A DNA stretch of 64,000 nt from Chara braunii (taxonomy: Eukaryota; Plantae; Charophyceae), in contig BFEA01000039.1 of NCBI GenBank assembly GCA_003427395.1, positions 3,190,844 to 3,254,843 on the forward strand, in the 5' to 3' direction. Shown in pieces: positions 53,520-60,149 of this stretch. Every line of letters begins with the position of its first letter. The stretch's first letter is position 1. The translations under genes were made by a program, and so were the position numbers. Below the pieces are notes generated by a model. The model did no database searches and was not told the origin of the DNA. It worked only from the letters and a program-made list of their open reading frames with translations.

Positions 53520-54410
53520 TGTATGAGAAAGAATTCCGTGAGGGAAATGGCATAATTTTGGGTCTGAACCTGTGCTTTCGGCTGGATGATTCTTGCAGCT
53601 GAGGGAACTTGAAAGAGGAGTGCACCGCTTGCTGCATGTGAGGGACCCAAGGAACAGCTTCAAATGGACTGGTGCCTGGTCACATAGAAGTGCAAACTGG
53701 ACAAAATATCCACATGTCACTAAGGAAATCAAACCGATACTTGATGGGTCGGATCATGGTTTCTGGATCTCCTATGAGGATCTTCTAAAGGTGAGTTGGC
53801 TTCTTCTTTTTGTATCTTTGTGTGCATTGGAATTGTGTGTGTCCATCTGTGTGCATTGGAATTTGAATTGCAAGCACTGTTACCAGACCTTTTGCAAATC
53901 GTCACGGCTTCTTCATTCTTACCACGCCTTGACAGATCGTCAGGACATGGACGCGTATAAGTATGGTTCCAGTTTTGATTCATTGTTATGGATAAGGGAG
54001 GAATGAAAAAGTTGGCTCTCTGGTTGAAGAGGAGCAAGATTGTTGGAACAAGATTGCTGCCTCTGCGGATTGGGAAGGAGGTGGGACCATGAGGCCCTGT
54101 TTTCGGAAAAGGGAAAGAGAAGAGAGAACAGAGTGATATGCTTACTGACAAAACAAATTTGAGTAGTTGGTTGTCTGAAAATTGGTCGGTACTATAAACC
54201 TTGGTGCTCCTTTGTGACTGCACATGGAGTGTTGGTCAGTGCTATAGACCTCGGTCCTCCTTTGCAACTGCGCATGGAGTCAAACTGGTGTCCTTGGTCA
54301 TAAAAACCAAGCATCGTAACCACTGCCACCATGACACGGTGTACAAAAGCCGAACCAAACAGGTTATGATATTCCCCCCAGCCTTCCATGGCCGCAGTGT
54401 CATTACCATG

Positions 54411-54452
<42 letters not shown>

Positions 54453-57033
54453 TGCGCTCAACCACAATCAACGTGCCGAGCCTTGTACATGAGAGGTACA
54501 GTAAAAGGCGAGTTGCAAGAACAAATGAAAGGGGTACCCAAAATGGCAAAGTGAACACAGTTAAGAAAGGGATTTGAATGCGTCTATTGTGCCCCGTGTT
54601 GCTTTGCTATAGAACCATTTTATTGTCGGATTGTCTCAACGGTAGTGTTTTTGTTGTCCGCTATAGGACTAAAGCTGCTTCGATTTTGGATCTGGGTGAA
54701 ATAGAGAGGCTGTTGTGGTGAAAACTCAAAACACAAAACACTGCCACCCAGGGACTCGTCGCACACTTGCTCCAAGCATATGACCCTCAACCACGAGGGC
54801 ACCCAGCCCCTATCGACAGTATCCACAACTTAACAAGGGGGGCTTGAACCCCAACGGCCACCGCATTCCTGGTACTCCTCCACGCTGGTTAGTGGGCTCG
54901 AGCACTGGTCAGTCGGCCGATTGTAACTGCTTTGATGCCGAAATGAAATCTGACGTATGGACTAATGGGTGTGGTTTGGTTCCGCCGTTGTTGTCGTCAT
55001 GCAGAACTTTATTGGAATGACGGTCTGCTGCGTAAAGAGAGATGGAACAAAGCCATGGAAGGAGTTTCACATCCCTTGCAGTTTCGTTGTAACTGCTTTG
55101 ATGCCGAAATGAAATCTGACGTATGGACTAATGGGTGTGGTTTGGGTCCGCCTTTGTTGTCGTCATGCAGAACTTTATTGGAATGACGGTCTGCTGCGTA
55201 AAGAGAGATGGAACAAAGCCATGGAAGGAGTTTCACATCCCTTGCAGTTTCATTGCAGACGACTGGTCGTCAGGAAACAATCCTTCTCAGCCAACCAGGA
55301 TATTCCGTCTGAAGATCACTGAGCCAACCAGAGTTTTTGTCGGTCTTCATCAGGAGGATCCGCGACTGTAAGTGCACCATCTTCAGGCTCCCCTCCCCCC
55401 CAACCCCTCCAGCCGCTACAGTGCCGTTCCTGAAACTTCTATCCCCTGTGTGTGTGCTCTCCCTCTAGTGCGCCATCCTCCACTCTCTTCTCTCACTGCA
55501 GATGATTAGTCGCGATAACAGCAACAAACGAGAGGTTAGCCAATTGTCAAACATGCATCATGTGAGAACCAAGAAAGAAGAAAAAGACACACAGAGTAGA
55601 CAAGGATATAATAGTAAATCCTGAGTGCAACTCTACTTGGTTAATGAGCACCTGCTGTCCCATCCTCTCCCTTTCACCTCACTGGAGTATCCTCTCTACT
55701 CTCTCCCTCTTGTCTGCGGTCCCCCTCTACTTCAGTGTCCTCTGCTCTCCTTCCAATCGTCTTTCCACCGTCTATTTCGAGGTTTCTTCCCTGAGGCACA
55801 CAGGGGAGAACCTCTAAACTGCCCACTGGTCTGTTATTCTTTCTTCACTTGCCTCCCAACACATACAAGTGTTATTTTGTGAGATAAGCAAACAATTGAC
55901 CCATCATGTTCTCTAGATAAACAGAAAAAAATACTGGAAAACCCAAATTGACATAAAGTATCATTAAGTTATGGTTTTCCAAGGATATCCTTCCTACTCC
56001 CCAAAAGCATCATTGGAAATCTCAAATATGTTGTTAAATTTATAATTCATAATCTTGTATTTGTATTTGTCAATTTTGTCTCCTCCCCGATGTATTTGTA
56101 TTTGTGTCCTTCCCGACAGTCGGAATCGTAGTTAGCACGAGTAAGCTTCTGACCCCGCCATGCTCCTACTTCTCTCCGATTCATTAAGTGATGGTTTTTC
56201 ACTTTAAGACCCGAGAAGGCTGAGTTGTTGTTGTTGACGGACAAGCGTGTGTTTTCCTTGTTATGGTGGGGGTTTTATTGTCCTATGGCAGGTTGGGTGT
56301 CCCTGAACCACTGAAGGTTGGACTTTGGATAATGGACAAGCAGAACCAATTTGTGACAAGTAAGCAGACGCCGGAGGTGGTCTGCCAGTTGGAGACGATC
56401 TTGCAGCCAGGGCAATACAGAGTGATGACGAAGGCGTTCTCGTACACGAACGGGAAGGGAGAATTGGTGAAGTTCCCAGATGTGACTGGGACTGCGTTGC
56501 CGCGGCGTTTCACGCTCATCGTGCACTCAGACAGGCAGGTGGGAGCACACCTGATGCTAGCGCCAAAGTCGTCGACGAAGTCGTGGAAGGAGTTGCACAC
56601 TCATTGCAGCTTTGTGGCGGACGACTGGTCAGCACTCGGCAATCCGCGGCAGCCGACAAGAATGTTCCGCGTCAAAGTTACGGAGCCCACACGCATCATC
56701 GTCGGGATCGATCAGGAGGACCCGCAGAACCTAAGGGTTCAACAACCTTTCAAAGTTGGTGTTTGGGTAATGGACAAGCAAAGCCAGTTCCTGGCAATGA
56801 AACAGAGTTATGAATCTTACTGCCAAGTGGAGGTCACGCTTCAGCCGGGATTCTACAGGATCATGGTGAAGGCTTTCTCGTATATGACAGCGAATGGCAT
56901 CTGCAAGTTCCCTGACCCTACGGGCTCTATCCTGCCACGGCCTTTCATTCTTTCAGTCCTTTCAGAAAAGCATGTCGATGTCTTCCTGATGACCAGCGCC
57001 CGTGCTGCCAAGCTCTTAACTTCTGTCTATTGA
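1075..57033 (+). CDS. Giant multi-exon tandem calpain gene: acidic N-terminal region, 5 x (CysPc + C2L/domain III), extra C-terminal C2L; >=4728 aa, probably 5'-incomplete
   Basis: 32 GT-AG exons with compatible phases sum to 14,187 nt (divisible by 3) and end in TGA at 57031-57033. Calpain motifs (QGxLxD[C]WxL, [12 protein letters not shown], DLTGxP, [H]AY, R[N]PWG, WxGAWS, FW) recur five times. Confidence 0.9.
3744..4232. repeat. Two local duplications in intron 1 (89-bp unit x2; ~140-160-bp diverged unit x2)
   Basis: 3744..3832 vs 3833..3921; ~3922..4080 vs ~4094..4232. Confidence 0.8.
4279..5471 (+). CDS. Exon 2: acidic linker + CysPc1 N-terminal part with catalytic Cys ([16 protein letters not shown] 5350-5352)
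   Basis: ORF 4141..5475; acceptor ggtcag|GGT, donor AG|gtaggt. Confidence 0.92.
5876..5934 (+). CDS. Exon 3 (CysPc1, [19 protein letters not shown])
   Basis: 59-nt exon, tgtag| ... |gtgagt; same length in all five modules. Confidence 0.88.
6695..6877 (+). CDS. Exon 4 (CysPc1, [18 protein letters not shown]...DLTGAP)
   Basis: 183 nt, ctcag| ... |gtacgt. Confidence 0.92.
7945..8011. repeat. (AC)n(AG)n compound microsatellite
   Basis: Direct reading. Confidence 0.95.
8262..8401 (+). CDS. Exon 5 (CysPc1, catalytic His in [11 protein letters not shown] 8381-8383)
   Basis: 140 nt, tgcag| ... |gtgagt. Confidence 0.92.
9118..9303 (+). CDS. Exon 6 (CysPc1, catalytic Asn in RNPWG, AAT 9157-9159; EWGGAWSD; DGSFW)
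   Basis: 186 nt, gagcag| ... |gtaggc. Confidence 0.92.
9633..9860 (+). pseudogene. Decayed duplicate of the exon 6 3' part and adjacent intron
   Basis: CCCGAGGTCAAGGCTGATTTGAATCCAGTGCTAGAT is identical to exon 6; the flanks have indels and stops. Confidence 0.85.
10402..10598 (+). CDS. Exon 7 (C2L-1 first half, ending LHQEDPR)
   Basis: 197 nt, catcag| ... |gtaagg. Confidence 0.88.
11949..13331 (+). CDS. Exon 8: C2L-1 second half + linker + CysPc2 N-terminal part ([10 protein letters not shown]; Cys->Ser at 13210-13212)
   Basis: ORF 11926..13335; gtcag| ... AG|gtaatg. Confidence 0.92.
13707..13765 (+). CDS. Exon 9 (CysPc2, [19 protein letters not shown])
   Basis: 59 nt, tgcag| ... |gtgcgt. 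Confidence 0.88.
14240..15417. mobile_element. Non-autonomous TIR DNA element (hAT-like) with internal (AAG)n and (CT)n tracts
   Basis: Ends TAGGCTGGGCC...GGACCAGCCTA; GC-rich subterminal CCCGG repeats; no clear TSD. Confidence 0.65.
16167..16790 (-). mobile_element. tRNA-derived SINE with poly(A) tail and 14-bp TSD
   Basis: Minus-strand head with A box TAGCTCAGTTGG and B box GGTTCAATCC (16717..16788); poly(T) 16166..16182; TSD TCTTTGAGCAATCT at 16153..16166 and 16791..16804. Confidence 0.85.
16188..16337. mobile_element. 150-bp MITE nested in the SINE tail
   Basis: Perfect 13-bp TIR ACCACCAGTACTT/AAGTACTGGTGGT flanked by TTAA on both sides. Confidence 0.75.
17262..17447 (+). CDS. Exon 10 (CysPc2, [18 protein letters not shown])
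   Basis: 186 nt, tgcag| ... |gtgagt. Confidence 0.9.
17755..17891 (+). CDS. Exon 11 (CysPc2, GLVNGHAY; His retained)
   Basis: 137 nt, ggcag| ... |gtaggt. Confidence 0.9.
17955..18024. repeat. (CT)n microsatellite
   Basis: Direct reading. Confidence 0.95.
18442..18607 (+). pseudogene. rps4: NUMT: mitochondrial rps4 fragment
   Basis: AT-rich; [18 protein letters not shown]...[22 protein letters not shown] resembles plant mitochondrial RPS4 (from memory). Confidence 0.7.
18607..18887 (-). pseudogene. nad7: NUMT: mitochondrial nad7 fragment with a 31-bp frameshifting insertion (18696..18726)
   Basis: [19 protein letters not shown]...[16 protein letters not shown] / [29 protein letters not shown]. 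Confidence 0.92.
19009..19459. mobile_element. Short TIR element (hAT-like MITE) enclosing the U2 fragment
   Basis: Perfect 11-bp TIR TAGGCTACCAG/CTGGTAGCCTA, GC-rich subtermini, AT-rich core. Confidence 0.7.
19186..19332 (-). pseudogene. U2: 3'-truncated U2 snRNA retrocopy with a 70-nt poly(A)
   Basis: Minus strand reads TCGGCCTTTTGGCTAAGATCAAGTGTAGTATCTGTTCTGATCAGTTTAATATCTGAT..., then A70 (T-run 19186..19255); no Sm site or 3' half. Confidence 0.9.
19995..20180 (+). CDS. Exon 12 (CysPc2, QDPFG; Asn->Asp)
   Basis: 186 nt, tccag| ... |gtgagt. Confidence 0.9.
20542..20738 (+). CDS. Exon 13 (C2L-2 first half)
   Basis: 197 nt, cgcag| ... |gtaagt. Confidence 0.88.
20794..21194 (-). mobile_element. 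tRNA-derived SINE, older copy
   Basis: Head CCAGCGGCCTAGCTCAGTTGG... like the 16788 copy; T-rich tail near 20794; degenerate TSD ACTTCGCACCAATT/ACTTTGCACAAATT. Confidence 0.7.
21215..21550. repeat. Compound tandem repeat (TGTGACCTATCCAAGGGGCTGCCATGCTCGAAC-like subunits within larger units)
   Basis: Three larger units; ORFs show repeated [12 protein letters not shown]. Confidence 0.85.
22636..23994 (+). CDS. Exon 14: C2L-2 second half + linker + CysPc3 N-terminal part ([10 protein letters not shown]; Cys->Gly at 23870-23872)
   Basis: ORF 22391..23998; cacag| ... AG|gtaaac. Confidence 0.92.
24616..24674 (+). CDS. Exon 15 (CysPc3, [19 protein letters not shown])
   Basis: 59 nt, tgcag| ... |gtatgt. 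Confidence 0.88.
25441..25623 (+). CDS. Exon 16 (CysPc3, [17 protein letters not shown])
   Basis: 183 nt, tgcag| ... |gtaagt. Confidence 0.9.
25686..25785 (-). mobile_element. Isolated LINE 3'-end fragment
   Basis: AAAACAGG.CCTTATG...CCATTCTGGGG..CGTCAGTCCGGTTCCT matches 26085..26160. Confidence 0.7.
26038..31973 (-). mobile_element. Decayed L1/Tx1-like non-LTR retrotransposon with poly(A) and 18-bp TSD
   Basis: TSD CAGTAGGACCGTGTTTCT at 26020..26037 and 31974..31991; poly(T) 26038..26080; RT motifs [43 protein letters not shown]; C-terminal CxxC...HCLLFCP finger; stops and frameshifts. Confidence 0.9.
28180..29545. mobile_element. Non-autonomous hAT-type element nested in the LINE
   Basis: 8-bp TSD GTCCAAGG at 28172..28179 and 29546..29553; TIRs CAAGGTTGCAC / GTGCAACACTG; subterminal CCGAC repeats; internal tandem duplications 28510..28975. 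Confidence 0.88.
32289..32410 (+). CDS. Exon 17 (CysPc3, LVNTQAY; His->Gln)
   Basis: 122 nt, tgtag| ... |gtgggt; starts GFW like its paralogous exons. Confidence 0.85.
32774..32959 (+). CDS. Exon 18 (CysPc3, QYSLG; Asn->Tyr; EWNGAWS)
   Basis: 186 nt, gagcag| ... |gtgaga. Confidence 0.9.
34879..35120 (+). repeat. Duplicate of the exon 18 donor and first ~210 nt of intron 18
   Basis: AGGTGAGATTTGCATCCGACCTTGCTGATTGC at 32958 and 34879. Confidence 0.85.
35173..35369 (+). CDS. Exon 19 (C2L-3 first half)
   Basis: 197 nt, tgcag| ... |gtaagt. Confidence 0.88.
35838..37184 (+). CDS. Exon 20: C2L-3 second half + linker + CysPc4 N-terminal part ([10 protein letters not shown]; Cys->Gly at 37063-37065)
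   Basis: ORF 35824..37188; tgcag| ... CG|gtaagt. Confidence 0.92.
37865..37923 (+). CDS. Exon 21 (CysPc4, [19 protein letters not shown])
   Basis: 59 nt, tgcag| ... |gtaagt. Confidence 0.88.
38075..38295 (+). pseudogene. sdh4: NUMT: mitochondrial sdh3 3' end followed by sdh4 5' part (ATG 38187; 7-bp duplication frameshift)
   Basis: [20 protein letters not shown] (SDH3-like), then [24 protein letters not shown] (SDH4-like). Confidence 0.8.
38436..38989. repeat. 277-bp tandem duplication of unidentified sequence
   Basis: AGTGGCCCCCTTTCACGACAGG at 38436 and 38713; few mismatches. Confidence 0.9.
39808..39990 (+). CDS. Exon 22 (CysPc4, [17 protein letters not shown])
   Basis: 183 nt, ctcag| ... 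|gtatgt. Confidence 0.9.
41150..41381. repeat. 34-bp minisatellite, about 6-7 units
   Basis: Unit AGAGGTAGTGCCACATCAGCATGCAATGTAGACC, head to tail. Confidence 0.92.
42545..42675 (+). CDS. Exon 23 (CysPc4, GLLNTCAY; His->Cys)
   Basis: 131 nt, tgcag| ... |gtaagt. Confidence 0.87.
43296..43481 (+). CDS. Exon 24 (CysPc4, RNTWG; Asn retained)
   Basis: 186 nt, gagcag| ... |gtatgc. Confidence 0.9.
43772..43968 (+). CDS. Exon 25 (C2L-4 first half)
   Basis: 197 nt, ggcag| ... |gtaagt. Confidence 0.88.
44090..45720 (-). mobile_element. Highly decayed LINE remnants with a ~170-bp internal tandem duplication
   Basis: Minus-strand [12 protein letters not shown] parallels [12 protein letters not shown] of the 26-32 kb LINE; T-rich end near 44095; duplication 44390..44733. 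Confidence 0.55.
46433..48364 (+). CDS. Exon 26: C2L-4 second half + long acidic linker + CysPc5 N-terminal part ([10 protein letters not shown]; Cys->Leu at 48243-48245)
   Basis: ORF 46407..48377; cacag| ... AG|gtacgg. Confidence 0.92.
49334..49540. repeat. ~42-bp unit as an inverted pair plus a third direct copy
   Basis: AACAGAGTTTTCCTTAGCTGGCAAAGATAATTCGAAGAAAAT, its reverse complement at ~49412..49453, and again at ~49495. Confidence 0.85.
49821..49879 (+). CDS. Exon 27 (CysPc5, [19 protein letters not shown])
   Basis: 59 nt, ctcag| ... |gtaagt. Confidence 0.88.
50018..50080 (+). mobile_element. Degenerate tRNA-like SINE head
   Basis: TGGCTCAATTGG ... GATTCGAACTC; similar to the reverse complement of 52793..52852. 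Confidence 0.5.
50692..50874 (+). CDS. Exon 28 (CysPc5, [18 protein letters not shown])
   Basis: 183 nt, tgcag| ... |gttagt; translated by hand (not in the ORF track). Confidence 0.9.
52372..52511 (+). CDS. Exon 29 (CysPc5, LVNSHAF; His retained)
   Basis: 140 nt, tgcag| ... |gtgagt. Confidence 0.88.
52793..52852 (-). mobile_element. tRNA-like SINE head
   Basis: Minus strand TAGCTCAGTTCG ... AGTTCGAATCC. Confidence 0.55.
53599..53790 (+). CDS. Exon 30 (CysPc5, RDPRN; Asn->Asp)
   Basis: 192 nt, tgcag| ... |gtgagt. Confidence 0.88.
54920..55251 (+). repeat. 166-bp tandem duplication of the exon 31 acceptor and the first ~80 coding nt
   Basis: GTCATGCAG|AACTTTATTGG at 55005 and 55171; two mismatches in the intron part. 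Confidence 0.92.
55171..55367 (+). CDS. Exon 31 (C2L-5 first half)
   Basis: 197 nt, tgcag| ... |gtaagt. Confidence 0.88.
56292..57033 (+). CDS. Exon 32 (last coding exon): C2L-5 second half + complete intronless sixth C2L + stop
   Basis: ORF 56263..57033; ggcag|; second [37 protein letters not shown] copy. Confidence 0.92.
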
Positions 57034-58929
57034 TACCTTGTCTGCCTATTGATTTGTTTCATACTTTTGGGGGGATAATGTCTTTTTTCTTGTGTGTTTC
57101 TTTCCGTTCCTTACACTATCGGTAGGTTGTTATTAGCTTTAGATATACGAAGTTATCAACCTATTTGTGCCCTAATTCAAAAGGGGGGCCTACTAAAGAT
57201 ATACTCCGCCAAGTTCCAGTCGGAATGTTTACGAATCCATTCCAAGATTTGCGGTTTACTTCCATTATAGCCATCATCGTAGTCTTGCCATTTGTATTTG
57301 GTTTTGTCTTTTTCATCAGTAGAATGTACGTTTGCACGGTGTCCGCACCTATGAAAGGGCCGCACGGGGGGTAAGAGGAGGGCCGGGGGGGGGGGGCGAA
57401 AAGGGGAAGGGAAAGAGAGGAGAAGGAAGGGGGGTAGAGCGGTGACAAATGGGGTGACTCATATTTTTGTTGGTCTGTTGAACTCTGTTTTTTGTCCTAT
57501 TTTTGTAGAATTGTTGTTGCCTCCAATTCTGGACGAAGTTATATAACATAACAAGTGGGTCCATCTGGTAATAGGTGATTGATCATCCGTCACTTTTTTT
57601 TTTTTATTTGTTCCGTCTTTCCATCACTTGTTTGTTGCTTCTGTCTGTGCGACTGGGGAGATGGCGCAGAGGTTAGTTAATGACGATGAGAATCATGAGA
57701 TCTAATGACCACAGGAGAGAAGGATGAGAAGGATGGCCAAGCTTTGAAGATAACAGGCGGGGGGGTGCAGGGGGGGGGGCATCGTCGTTGATCTTTTGAG
57801 GTAGGTAGCTGGTCTTACTTTCAGTCAAGGTGCGTATGGTTTTGATTTTTGAGCTAGTTAAGGAAGGTTCGAGTTTGCCTTTATTTCAGTCAGGCTGTCT
57901 ATGTCATGTGAGGTTTTGTAATGTAATAGGGGCTCACAGCACAGCAGGGAGCACCAGAGTTTGCTAAAAGTTTCCTTAAAACAGATTTTCAAAGATTCTA
58001 TGATTCATTTTTCTTTTTGTTTGGTCTCCTCTGTTGTAGAATGTGTTCCTTAGTTTGCATTCCTTTAATGCGTTGTTTGCCAGAGAGAGCCAGCGAACTT
58101 GTTAGCGTCAGTCACTCGAGCCTCCACAATCCTTGTCCATCTCAGTGTGGGATGGGATTGGTGATCTGACTTCCAAGCCATCGATATCAGGGGTAGTAGT
58201 AAACTCGATATCTGTCTGGGAAATTCAGCCATCGATATCAGGGGTCGTAGTGAGCTCGATAGAACGCGTGTTAGATTGCAAGACTTCCACATAACCATAG
58301 TCCATAGTCCATTGGGGTCTGACTGATGTTGATTCGACGGGTGTTAGTGCTCTGTGTGTTCCTCGTTCTTGGATACGCTTCTTCTCGTCTCTGTCGTAGC
58401 AGCCAGTCATTAGACTTCAAGGCTCTAGTCATAACTTCGTACAGATTGTTGTCGCCGTCTGCCTCCTCTGCCTCTGTTAGTCATAAGCAAAGACACGAGC
58501 ATAGTCCGGTAGGACTTCACGGGTAAGTTTTTTCTACGGTGACACTCTTCGTTCGTGATTCCTGAATCTGTTTTGTGATTCGCATTCCCATTTATTTGTC
58601 TACTGTTAAGCACAAGCCAATTTGTCTTTTTCTGTTCACTGTGCGTTATCATCCCTTTACCCATTCTCTCCTTTCCCCATTTGTCTGGTTGCCGAGAGTA
58701 CATCTCATCACTCTGTATCTCCTGATCGAGGCCAATCACTGGGCTGGTGTAGTTGGAACATGTCGCAAATCTTGAAACCGCCGACCAGTTTGCGGTCCTA
58801 ATTCCTTCCTAATAAACCTTAACCAAGAAAAGAGTTGTTGCGGACTTGTTTATTGCATTTCTGTGATTTTCATCTAGGGAGTTGTTGCGGACTTGTTTAT
58901 TGCATTTCTGTGATTTTCATCTAGGGCAA

Positions 58930-59045
58930 CTTTTTTTTTTCTTTTTTTTTTTTGTTGAAAAAAACAGAACCTTATGGTTCTGTCTCCTTTTTCATTCTGG
59001 GGAGCATCAGTCCGGTTCCTATTCCCCCGGCAAGTCCAAGGTAGT
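58930..59045 (-). mobile_element. LINE 3'-end copy with poly(A), same family as the element at 26038
   Basis: Poly(T), then AAAACAG..CCTTATGGT...CATTCTGGGGAGC.TCAGTCCGGTTCCTATTCCCCC. Confidence 0.8.
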
Positions 59046-60149
59046 ACAAAAATGTTACTCACTCATGCTGCTCCCCCCCCACCAGTGTTAGTGCTGCTGG
59101 TAAGAGCAGACACCACTAACACCTGGGGAGAGGCTCCATCTATTAGTGGGGACCATCACCTGCTGGGAAAACGGGTCCAGCGTCCCTTGAAAGGAAATGC
59201 TGCTCCCCCTTATGGCGTGGAGGCCCAGAAGACGGCATTGATTACTTGAAGGAGGATGTACCGATCTTAACCCCTGCTTAAGAGGGCATAGATTAGTGAG
59301 CGAAACCCCAATGACAATGGAACAGAAGTGCACAAACTTTCGTCGTCGCCAAATGCTTGCCGACATCCCTTGGCAAATGGAAAACTGATGCGCAGATTCA
59401 GCACTGTGTGCAGATGATTCCACTCTCTTCTTTTTTTTTTTTTTTTTTCGATGGATCTAACTCCTTTTGATTCTGGGCATGTTTTAGTGTGTTATGTTTG
59501 TTCATTTCTCGTGAACGGAGGTTGAAATTTGGTCGAAATTTCCAGACAATTTGTCATGCCATTTATAGCAAAACACAAGGGTCATTTTAACCAAACTTGC
59601 TAAATTCATAGACATATAAATCTGCGAGCCGAAAGTGCACTCATGCAAATTTTGCCAGCGTTCCAATTTCCAAAGTCTTTGGAAATTTCAGAAATCTCAG
59701 CAGAGGGATTCGCAATGCTCCAGATGAGACGAAATTTGAAATTTGGCATACACAGCAACCTTGAACCAAAACCAAAACAGCAAAAACAAATGAAATAAAT
59801 TTTAAAAAATGTAAAATTTGAACCCTAAACCCTGGTTTCAGTTTTGAACCCGTAAGTTCGTTAAACCAGGGAGCTGAAAGTGGGGGTTCTTAACTTCCTG
59901 TTAACCACTTGCGAAGTTTTCACTCACATTCCCTGCATGGACGCAAGTCCGAGGCCTGTAGGGTAGGTCACCGTAGGTGTTTGAGTTTGAAGTCCAAAGA
60001 CCAGGCACATAGTTAAAAAGCACACGAACACGAAGAATGATGATAAAGACCATATCTTTTTTATCAGCTGTAATTTATGCAAGTGCCTATTCTCCTGAGA
60101 TTGTTGGGATTTTTTCTGATTTTATCATGTTAAGCTTGAGTAAATTGCA

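Noticed and set aside
1075-57033. Calling the gene DEK1
   Set aside because: DEK1 has a multi-pass membrane region and one C-terminal CysPc-C2L. Here there are five cores and no transmembrane block in view, although the upstream part is unseen.
4279-57033. Five separate tandem calpain genes or pseudogenes
   Set aside because: Single open exons bridge consecutive modules, and only the last exon has an in-frame stop after splicing.
57160-57370. Possible organellar or maturase fragment downstream of the stop codon
   Set aside because: The short ORFs have no motif I can recognise. BLASTX would be needed.
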